Source of the DNA: a virus | Lineage: Duplodnaviria; Caudoviricetes | Reading direction: 5' to 3' (one strand) | DNA: 53,582 bases | Virus record (IMG/VR): IMGVR_UViG_3300006105_001565 | Coordinates: 1 to 53,582 of that record | In this document: positions 27,716-35,788 of the stretch, piece after piece | How positions within the stretch are numbered: position 1 is the stretch's first letter | Layout: each line of letters starts with the position of its first letter | Made by a program: the position numbers and the translations under genes | The notes under the pieces: generated by a model | The model's input: only the letters and a program-made list of their open reading frames with translations | Databases searched by the model: none | Told to the model about the DNA's origin: nothing

Positions 27716-28965
27716 GTAAACCAAGTTTATTATTTAGAGGACCCGTCAAGACAAGGTCAGGATATGGTGCACACGCAAGAGATATCCTAAAGTCTTTGTA
27801 TGATATGGATTTATTTAAAATAAGTATCGACGCTTGCCCTTGGGGTAACACACCGCAAACTGCATTAGAAGATGATAATTCATTTCATAATTGGATCAAG
27901 GATAACATTGTCACTAGAGTAACAACTATGCCTGATATATACATACAAGTTACTGTTCCAAATGAATTTCAAAAATTAGGGAAAGTTAGTATTGGTGTTA
28001 CTGCAGGTATTGAAACAACTGTTGCACCGAAAGATTGGATAGATGGATGTAATAGAATGGATCACATAATTACCACTTCCAATTTTTCAAAAGAAGTTTT
28101 GTTGTCAACAATCTATGATGAAAATGATTTAGTTACTAATCAATTAATTAAAAAATATAAAATAGAAAAACCAATTTCTATTTTATTTGAAGGTGTTGAT
28201 ACCAATTTATATAATAATGAATATAAAAATTTTGATTTAAATATAAAAGAAGATTTCGCTTTCTTATTTGTTGGTCATTGGTTGAAAGGTAATATTGGTC
28301 AAGATAGAAAAGATGTTGGTATGTTAATAAAAGTATTTGCTGAAACATTCAAAGACCAAGAAAACCAACCCGCATTAATTTTAAAAACATCTTCTGGTAA
28401 TTTTTCTGTTATAGAAAGAGAAAGATTAAGAACAAGTATTGAAACTGTAGTTGGTGCAGCAATAAACCCACCGTCAATCTATTTGATATTTGGTGAATTA
28501 ATGGATTCAGAAATGAACCAATTATATAACCATCCAAAAGTTAAAGCTATGATTAGCTTGACAAAAGGTGAAGGATTTGGTAGACCATTATTAGAATTCA
28601 CTATGACAGGTAAACCAGTTATAGCGTCTAATTGGTCAGGTCATAAAGATTTTTTACCAAATGATAAGGCGATTATGATAGGTGGAACTTTAACAGATGC
28701 ACATAGTAGTGCAATAGATAGTTTTATAATTAAAGATTCAAAATGGTTTACAGCAAATTATAATGAAGCTTCAAATGTTATGAGATTTGTAAAAGATAAT
28801 TATGATAAAATTTTAATCAAATCTGAACAATTAAGAATTGAAAATAAAGAAAAATTCTCATTTCAAAAAATGACAGAACAATTCAAAGAGATACTCAAAC
28901 CATATGTTACTAAACAACCCGTATACCATAATTTGATTTTACCAAAATTAAAAAAAATAGGATAA
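27712..28965 (+). CDS. GT4 (GT-B) glycosyltransferase
   Basis: SGYG..AR, EGVD, DRKD, GEGFGRPLLEF...GKPVIASNWSGH. Confidence 0.9.
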   Translation: MSKPSLLFRGPVKTRSGYGAHARDILKSLYDMDLFKISIDACPWGNTPQTALEDDNSFHNWIKDNIVTRVTTMPDIYIQVTVPNEFQKLGKVSIGVTAGIETTVAPKDWIDGCNRMDHIITTSNFSKEVLLSTIYDENDLVTNQLIKKYKIEKPISILFEGVDTNLYNNEYKNFDLNIKEDFAFLFVGHWLKGNIGQDRKDVGMLIKVFAETFKDQENQPALILKTSSGNFSVIERERLRTSIETVVGAAINPPSIYLIFGELMDSEMNQLYNHPKVKAMISLTKGEGFGRPLLEFTMTGKPVIASNWSGHKDFLPNDKAIMIGGTLTDAHSSAIDSFIIKDSKWFTANYNEASNVMRFVKDNYDKILIKSEQLRIENKEKFSFQKMTEQFKEILKPYVTKQPVYHNLILPKLKKIG

Positions 28966-29201
28966 TGAGAAAGTTTCAATTTTTTAGAGGATACACTAAT
29001 GAATGGGTTAGTACTCAAGTAGTGGGTGGTATAAGACCTCTTAGAGCAATATGGTCACAAGAATTGATTACGGAATTAGATACATATCACGGAATCAATG
29101 CTGAAAATGAATTAATAAGTTTAATATCTAGAGAAATTTCAAGAGAAATTGATAATGAAATACTCAATACATTTATGTCAAATGTAATGGGTCAAGCATA
29201 A
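28965..29201 (+). CDS. Mini-protein resembling an internal segment of T4-type major capsid protein gp23
   Basis: RPLRAIWSQEL..ELDTYHGINAENELISLISREISREIDNEIL parallels the gp23 block RxLKAxxSxELAQDLxAxHGxDAExELxxILSxEIxxEIxRE. Confidence 0.7.
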   Translation: MRKFQFFRGYTNEWVSTQVVGGIRPLRAIWSQELITELDTYHGINAENELISLISREISREIDNEILNTFMSNVMGQA

Positions 29202-29210
29202 ATTAAAATT

Positions 29211-29831
29211 ATGGAAATAAGTTTTGCAATTACAGTTTGTAATGAATTAAAAGAAATAAAAACATTATTACCATTTCTTTTGGATTATAAAAAAACGGAA
29301 GATGAAATAATTGTTTTATATGATGAAAATAATGGTGATAAAGCGGTGTTAGATTTTCTATTACCTTATGATAAAAAATTTAATGTTCAAATTTGGAGAA
29401 GTTTTGATTTTGATAAAAATTTTGCTGATTGGAAAAATTTATTAAACAGTTATTGTAAAGGTGATTTTATATTTCAATTAGATGCTGATGAAATGATAGA
29501 TAGGTATATGGTGGAAAATTTATCTACAATAATCGAAATGAATAAAGACATTGATTTAATTTTTGTTCCAAGAATCAATACTGTAAGTGGATTAACCGAA
29601 GAACATATTAAAATGTGGAATTGGAAAGTGAACGAGAAAGGATGGGTTAACTTCCCTGATTTTCAAGGGAGAATATATCGTTCAAATATGATTTGGCACG
29701 GTAAAGTTCACGAAAGAATAATTGGTGGAGAAAAGTTTTCTTCTTTACCTTTGGATGAAGAATATTGTATTCAACATCATAAAACAATCGATCGTCAAAT
29801 AAAACAAAATAATTTATATAAAAGCATATGA
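29211..29831 (+). CDS. GT2 glycosyltransferase
   Basis: ISFAITVCNE, QLDADE, PDFQGRI, W.GKVHE. Confidence 0.88.
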   Translation: MEISFAITVCNELKEIKTLLPFLLDYKKTEDEIIVLYDENNGDKAVLDFLLPYDKKFNVQIWRSFDFDKNFADWKNLLNSYCKGDFIFQLDADEMIDRYMVENLSTIIEMNKDIDLIFVPRINTVSGLTEEHIKMWNWKVNEKGWVNFPDFQGRIYRSNMIWHGKVHERIIGGEKFSSLPLDEEYCIQHHKTIDRQIKQNNLYKSI

Positions 29832-31234
29832 TAACAGTAGGATTTTCAACAAGACAAGATAATCAAGAGTTCATCTCTTATCTTAAAAAGACTTCAGGTG
29901 TAGACATCGAAGTGATTCAAAAAATAAACAATGGTGAGAAATCATTATCTCAAGTTTATAATGAGATTTTAAACGAATCATCAAACGATATAGTTGTACT
30001 ATGTCACGATGATATTTTAATCGAAACAAAGAATTGGGGTAAAGCTATAGTGAAGAATTTCATTACTCACAAATACGATATACTTGGTATGGCAGGTTCT
30101 GTTTATATGCCTGAAACAGGTAAATGGTGGGAAACACCGATTACAATGAGAGGTATTGTTAATCATCAAAAGGATGGTAAAAAATGGGAATCTAAATATT
30201 CCAGTACACCGCCTAACAGTATGTCTGATGTTTTGATGGTTGATGGTGTTTTCATTGCAATTCATAAAAGTGGATTAAAGAAACAATTCGATGAAGAAAT
30301 GCCAGGTTTCCATTTTTATGATTTATCTTTTTCTTTTTCGAATCATTTAGCAGGTGCTAAAGTAGGTGTTATGTATAATGTGAGAATTACGCATTTATCT
30401 TTGGGTGAAACTAACGACCAATGGGAAGAAAATAGAAAATTGTTTGTTGAAAAATATAAGGACAATTTAGGTGCTAAAATTCACGAGGATGGTGATATCA
30501 CAACGTTTGTTATGTGTCACGACCAAGAAATCATTAAAGCTAATATTACATCAGGTAAATTTGACCAATTAGGTTTAGTTAAATTTATGTATGTTGGTAA
30601 AGGCGAATTCACAGATATTGAACAATATCCACAAGTCACAGTTGTGAGAGAATTGAAACATAATATTGAGCAGTATCCTGCGTTCACTGCATTCACAGCT
30701 TGGTATGCAATTTGGAGACATAATTTATGTACAACCAAATACATCAATCTATTAGAATATGATGTCAATTTAAAAGAAGATTATGGGTTCTTCTTAAAGA
30801 ATATAATAAAGAAGGGACCGAAGATTATTGGTTACTTTCCATTCTCAATGAGAAATTATCATTTCGTTCAGAATCCTGATTGGGTTACATCAATCTTTAA
30901 AGGTATTAAATTGGTTTATAAAACCGATATGATGTTTCAAGTGGCACAAATTATACAAAATTATATGCAAGCCAAACAAGAGCCTTATTGGCCTACTACA
31001 AACAATGTTTGTATGGACCGTTTGACTTTTGAAAAATATATGAAGTGGGTTGCTCCATTGATTACCTATATGAAAGATGATCCATTCTCAGGTCATAATC
31101 AAGAAAGAGGGATTACATTTTTCTCAATATTGAATAAAGTACCAATTGCATATTTCCAAGGTTATATTGAACACGTACAAGCGGATTCACATAAAACACA
31201 AGGACACGAGGTAACGAAAGAAATAGAAATGTAA
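29828..31234 (+). CDS. Two-domain GT-A glycosyltransferase-like protein
   Basis: LCHDDI, VDGVFIA, FDE..GFHFYD in N-domain; LLEYD and HNQER in C-domain. Confidence 0.75.
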   Translation: MITVGFSTRQDNQEFISYLKKTSGVDIEVIQKINNGEKSLSQVYNEILNESSNDIVVLCHDDILIETKNWGKAIVKNFITHKYDILGMAGSVYMPETGKWWETPITMRGIVNHQKDGKKWESKYSSTPPNSMSDVLMVDGVFIAIHKSGLKKQFDEEMPGFHFYDLSFSFSNHLAGAKVGVMYNVRITHLSLGETNDQWEENRKLFVEKYKDNLGAKIHEDGDITTFVMCHDQEIIKANITSGKFDQLGLVKFMYVGKGEFTDIEQYPQVTVVRELKHNIEQYPAFTAFTAWYAIWRHNLCTTKYINLLEYDVNLKEDYGFFLKNIIKKGPKIIGYFPFSMRNYHFVQNPDWVTSIFKGIKLVYKTDMMFQVAQIIQNYMQAKQEPYWPTTNNVCMDRLTFEKYMKWVAPLITYMKDDPFSGHNQERGITFFSILNKVPIAYFQGYIEHVQADSHKTQGHEVTKEIEM

Positions 31235-31893
31235 TGAAATATATAAGTTATAGCTTATGGGGCGATAACCCCATTTATAATGTGGGTATTATTGAAAACG
31301 CCAAACAAGCCAAAGAAATTTATCCCGATTGGAAAATGGTTGTTTATTATGATAATACAACACCATTAGAAACGATTATAGATTTAATTGCTTTAGATGT
31401 TGAATGTGTTAATATCACATCATTAGGAATCTATGGAATGTTTTGGAGATTTTTGGCAGCAGATAAACCTGATTGTGAATATGCAGTTTTTAGAGATGCT
31501 GATTCAAGATTATCAGTAAGAGAGAAAGCTGCTGTAGATGAATGGATTAGTAGTGGTAAAACATTACACGTTATGCGTGACCATCCGGGTCACGGCATAC
31601 CATATGGTAACGATAGATTAGGTATTTTAGGTGGTATGTGGGGAATTAAAGGAAATGTAATTCCTCTCACACAATCGATACTTAATTTCAAAAAATCTAA
31701 AGAAATGAATTATGGTAATGACCAAACATTTTTGAAAATGGTTTACACAGTTTTTGAAAATGATAGATGTACTCACGATGAATTTTTTGAGAAGAAACCA
31801 TTTCCAATTAAGAGAGAAAATGGTAGATTTATTGGTGAAAGAATGACCATAGATAATAAACCCTTAAACAATGATTATTTAGCTATAAGATGA
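31234..31893 (+). CDS. GT-A-like transferase
   Basis: ISYSLWG, MFWRF, RDADSR, MRDHP.H, GGMWG, DQTFL. Confidence 0.7.
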   Translation: MKYISYSLWGDNPIYNVGIIENAKQAKEIYPDWKMVVYYDNTTPLETIIDLIALDVECVNITSLGIYGMFWRFLAADKPDCEYAVFRDADSRLSVREKAAVDEWISSGKTLHVMRDHPGHGIPYGNDRLGILGGMWGIKGNVIPLTQSILNFKKSKEMNYGNDQTFLKMVYTVFENDRCTHDEFFEKKPFPIKRENGRFIGERMTIDNKPLNNDYLAIR

Positions 31894-32615
31894 AAATAAA
31901 TAAAGCGATTATGTCATCGAATGATGACCCTATGTATCTTGATTTTTGGGAACCAGTATCTAAAGTTTGGAAAGAAAAATTCAACATCGAACCTGTTTTA
32001 GTTTTTATTGGTGATGATGAAACCCCTATAGATGAAACATATGGTACTGTAATCAGATTTAAACCTATTGATTCTATACCAGTGTATCTACAAACTCTGT
32101 GGGTTAGATATTGGATACCATCTCAATTTCCCGATGATATTTCAATTATATCTGATATTGATATGTTTCCATTATCAAAATATTATTTCATCGAACAACT
32201 TGAATCAATTGATGATGACAAATATGTACATATAAATCCTGTAGTTGCAAGTTATGGTACCTTACCATCTTGTTATCATATTGCAAAAGGTTCGGTGTAT
32301 AAAAATGTTTTAGAATTACACGATACTTGGGAAGAAAGTATAACATTCTTATATAATTTACAGATAGGAAAAGACCCTGGTGGACATTTAACGGGTAAAA
32401 ATAAATGGTTTGCCGATGAACAACATTCATCCAAATTAGTTTTACAAAAAAACCCTGTTTTAATCGAAAGAGACGGAAATAAAAGAATAGACAGATCTAA
32501 TTGGTTCTATAATCCTGAGGGAGTTAAATCTGGTGAATATTATGATTCACATTCAATCAGACCATATAAAGAAAATAAGGAAGATATAGATGATTTAATT
32601 AGATTAATATTATGA
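31890..32615 (+). CDS. GT-A-like transferase
   Basis: ISDIDMFP, CYHIA, WFADE, RIDR, DSHS.RP. Confidence 0.6.
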   Translation: MKINKAIMSSNDDPMYLDFWEPVSKVWKEKFNIEPVLVFIGDDETPIDETYGTVIRFKPIDSIPVYLQTLWVRYWIPSQFPDDISIISDIDMFPLSKYYFIEQLESIDDDKYVHINPVVASYGTLPSCYHIAKGSVYKNVLELHDTWEESITFLYNLQIGKDPGGHLTGKNKWFADEQHSSKLVLQKNPVLIERDGNKRIDRSNWFYNPEGVKSGEYYDSHSIRPYKENKEDIDDLIRLIL

Positions 32616-33121
32616 TAATTGGAAACGGAAGTGTCGCTAATTCAATAAGAGAATTGGATAGAGATGATATAATATATTTTGCTTCAGGTGTGAGCAACAG
32701 TTCGTGTAAAGACGATAAAGAATTTCAAAGAGAGGTGGATTTGTTAAATCAAATGGATGTAAATAAACATTTAGTTTATTTTTCCAATTTAGCAATTTAT
32801 TACAAAAATGATCCTTACACTAACCATAAAATAAAAATGGAAGAATTAATTAGAAATACTTTTAATTCGTATACAATTGTAAGAATCGAAGTTTGTGAGT
32901 GGGTTAATACTCCAACTACAATATTGAATGTTTTTAAAGAAAAAATAAAAAATAACGAACCTATTATAATTCAAGATACAACAAGATATGTATTGAGTTT
33001 GAAAGAATTTCATTATTGGTTAAAATTGATACCAATAGGTAGAAAAAATGAAATGAATGTTTTAGGTCGTAAAATGACAATCCAAGAGATTGTTGATAAT
33101 ATAAAATTAGGATTATTATGA
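32612..33121 (+). CDS. Short NAD-dependent epimerase/dehydratase-like protein
   Basis: IIGNG, FASGVSNS, YFS, YTNHK. Confidence 0.7.
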   Translation: MIIGNGSVANSIRELDRDDIIYFASGVSNSSCKDDKEFQREVDLLNQMDVNKHLVYFSNLAIYYKNDPYTNHKIKMEELIRNTFNSYTIVRIEVCEWVNTPTTILNVFKEKIKNNEPIIIQDTTRYVLSLKEFHYWLKLIPIGRKNEMNVLGRKMTIQEIVDNIKLGLL

Positions 33122-33684
33122 AAGTATTAATTATGGTCTTATCGTGTATGAAACATCCGTATGATAAGATGTATCAAGCACAATTAGAAACTTGGGATAG
33201 TGTTAAAGTTGATAATGTTGAAACTGTTTATTATTGGGGAGAAGAATATAAATTGATGCACGTTCCTTTTAAAAAATCGTTGAGTGAAGTATGGGATAAA
33301 GATTGGGATGTAATATTCAGAACTAATAGTAGTTCTTATGTTGACAAACAACTTTTATATGATTATATTAAGGACAAACCAAAGGAAAATCTTTGGATTG
33401 GAAATCAGGATGCTTATTGTTCAGGAGCAGGTTTTTTCATTAGTAGAGATTTAGCTGAAGTTTTAAAAAACGATTTACACGAAAGAAGATATTTTGCTGA
33501 AGATGTTTTAATATATGAAACATTGAAATCTCGTGGTTTTGAAATTAAACCTGGTCAGAGAAAAACATATGGTTTAGACAACGATTTAAATTCAACATAT
33601 CACATAAGATGTAAACACGATCACAATATGATATTAGCAGTTGATGCTTTCCATAATATATTCAAAGATAAAATTAAAAATTAA
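33118..33684 (+). CDS. GT31/galactosyltransferase-like protein
   Basis: RTNSSSYV, SGAGFFISRD, EDV, HIRCK. Confidence 0.65.
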   Translation: MKVLIMVLSCMKHPYDKMYQAQLETWDSVKVDNVETVYYWGEEYKLMHVPFKKSLSEVWDKDWDVIFRTNSSSYVDKQLLYDYIKDKPKENLWIGNQDAYCSGAGFFISRDLAEVLKNDLHERRYFAEDVLIYETLKSRGFEIKPGQRKTYGLDNDLNSTYHIRCKHDHNMILAVDAFHNIFKDKIKN

Positions 33685-34683
33685 ATGAAACAAATATTAA
33701 TATTAGGTGGAGGCGGTTTTATCGGTGGCCATTTAGCAAAAAGATTAAAGGAAGAGGGTAACTTTGTTCGTTGTGTGGATATTAAACAACACGAATATTT
33801 TAAACACGAAGATATTTGTGATGAATTCATTCAAGGGGACTTAAGAGATTATAATTTTGTATCAACTATAATGTTTTCACCATCGCAAACAAAATTTGGT
33901 TCAGAGGGTGATGGCTTTGATGAAGTGTATCAATTAGCAGCAGACATGGGTGGAGCGGGTTATATTTTCACTGGTGAAAATGATGCCAATGTGATGCATA
34001 ACTCTGCTCAGATTAATTTGAATGTTGCACATCACGCATCTGCTTTAGGGGTTAAAAAACTTTTCTATTCATCTTCAGCTTGTATGTACCCTGAACATAA
34101 TCAATTAGACCCTGATAACCCAAATTGTGCAGAATCAAGTGCGTATCCTGCAAATCCTGATTCAGAATATGGTTGGGAAAAATTGTTCAGCGAAAGATTA
34201 TTTTTAGCATATAATAGAAATTACAATTTAGATATTAGAATAGCTAGATTTCATAACATATTTGGTCCGTATGGAACATATGATGGTGGTAAAGAAAAGG
34301 CTCCTGCTGCAATATGTAGGAAAGTATCGATAGCAACCGATTCAATTGATGTATGGGGAGACGGATTACAAACCAGATCCTTCTTATATATTGATGAATG
34401 TGTTGAAGGTATTTTACGATTGATGAATTCTGAATTTAGTGGGCCAGTCAATATTGGTAGTGATGAAATGGTTACAATCAACGAATTAGTGAATAAAGTA
34501 ATAAAAATTAGTGGTAAAAATATTGCAATTAATCACATTGATGGTCCTACAGGAGTTAGAGGTAGAAACAGCGATAACACATTAATAAAAGAAAAATTAA
34601 GTTGGGCTCCAAGTCAATCATTGGAGTCAGGATTAATTAAAACATATGATTGGATTAAAAAACAAATGACGCCGTGGAAATAA
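33685..34683 (+). CDS. GDP-mannose 3,5-epimerase-like extended SDR
   Basis: GGGGFIG, QLAADMGGAGYI, SSSACMYP, YGWEKL, RFHNIFGP, EKAPAAICRK, GVRGRNSDN. Confidence 0.9.
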   Translation: MKQILILGGGGFIGGHLAKRLKEEGNFVRCVDIKQHEYFKHEDICDEFIQGDLRDYNFVSTIMFSPSQTKFGSEGDGFDEVYQLAADMGGAGYIFTGENDANVMHNSAQINLNVAHHASALGVKKLFYSSSACMYPEHNQLDPDNPNCAESSAYPANPDSEYGWEKLFSERLFLAYNRNYNLDIRIARFHNIFGPYGTYDGGKEKAPAAICRKVSIATDSIDVWGDGLQTRSFLYIDECVEGILRLMNSEFSGPVNIGSDEMVTINELVNKVIKISGKNIAINHIDGPTGVRGRNSDNTLIKEKLSWAPSQSLESGLIKTYDWIKKQMTPWK

Positions 34684-35774
34684 GTTTTGTATTAGCAGTT
34701 TATAATAAATTAGAATTAACGAAAGAATGTTATAAACATCTTCGTAATGTTTATCCCAATGAACATTTGATTATTAGTAGTGGTGGTTCTAATGATGGAA
34801 CAAAAGAATGGTTACAATCATTAGATGATGATAATTTAACTTACGTTCACGACGATGATCGCTTATCTTTTTCTGACACATATAACAATGGAATATCCCT
34901 TGTTGATACTGAAAAGTTAGTATTAATACATAACGATATGGTCATTGGTGAGGGTTTCTTAGAAGCTATTGAAAGATTATTAACTGAAAATATGATATTA
35001 TCTTACACAACAGTTGAACCACCAATTTTTGCGGGTCATAAAAGACCAGGTAAAGTTATCATTGATTTAGGTAGAAACTTTGAAGATTTCGATATGTTAA
35101 ATTTCAACAATTACGTTCAACAACATAAAGATTCTAATGAATTATATGATGGTGCTGTGTTTTTTATGAGTGGCTATAAAAAATCCTTTGTTGACATTGG
35201 TGGATTTGATGGTTTCAGTTTCAATCCTTGTTTCTCTGAAGATGATGATTTTTTGATACGTGCAAAATTAAAAGGTTATACTTTAAAAACCTGTGATTCT
35301 GCAATAACTTATCATTTTGTTTCTTTAACCTCAAGATTTAGTGACGATACAAAAAACACTAGAACACAAATCGAATTAGATTCTAATAAAAATTTTATAA
35401 GGAAATGGGGTTTAATGATTAAAACATTCTATGATATGAATTATCAAACCAATGATAATTTTGAATATGTGAAATTGAGAATCGGTTTAGAGACTGATGA
35501 TATTAATGTATTAGAGCACATAGAACCATTTTTTGATGAAATTGATTTTAAAGGCGATCCAAGCACTTTTATCGAAAAAGAACAATCTCATACAAACTAC
35601 GATTTAAGTCTTAAATTTACCCCTATTGGTTATGTTAACGCTATGGTTTATCAAGATGGTAAATTAACTAATGAAGACTTCGATACTATTTCCAAAATAA
35701 GATTAATTATTCCCACATTAGACGAGGGCAAATATGAATTAGGTAATTTAAAAATAATAATAAAGGGGAATTAA
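34674..35774 (+). CDS. GT2 glycosyltransferase
   Basis: IHNDMV, IGGFD, EDDDF..R, YHFVS; GTG start overlapping upstream gene. Confidence 0.82.
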   Translation: MEISFVLAVYNKLELTKECYKHLRNVYPNEHLIISSGGSNDGTKEWLQSLDDDNLTYVHDDDRLSFSDTYNNGISLVDTEKLVLIHNDMVIGEGFLEAIERLLTENMILSYTTVEPPIFAGHKRPGKVIIDLGRNFEDFDMLNFNNYVQQHKDSNELYDGAVFFMSGYKKSFVDIGGFDGFSFNPCFSEDDDFLIRAKLKGYTLKTCDSAITYHFVSLTSRFSDDTKNTRTQIELDSNKNFIRKWGLMIKTFYDMNYQTNDNFEYVKLRIGLETDDINVLEHIEPFFDEIDFKGDPSTFIEKEQSHTNYDLSLKFTPIGYVNAMVYQDGKLTNEDFDTISKIRLIIPTLDEGKYELGNLKIIIKGN

Positions 35775-35788
35775 ATCCCCTTTTTTTT
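35762..35788. terminator. Terminator between convergent operons
   Basis: AAAGGGGA-ATTAAA-TCCCCTTT followed by a T-tract. Confidence 0.75.

Noticed and set aside
28965-29201. The functional major capsid gene, or a frameshifted remnant of it
   Set aside because: Only 78 aa, and both flanks are occupied by intact glycosyltransferase genes
26150-35774. Bacterial O-antigen or capsule locus
   Set aside because: No flippase, polymerase, chain-length or export genes; embedded among phage-type genes and a capsid-like fragment
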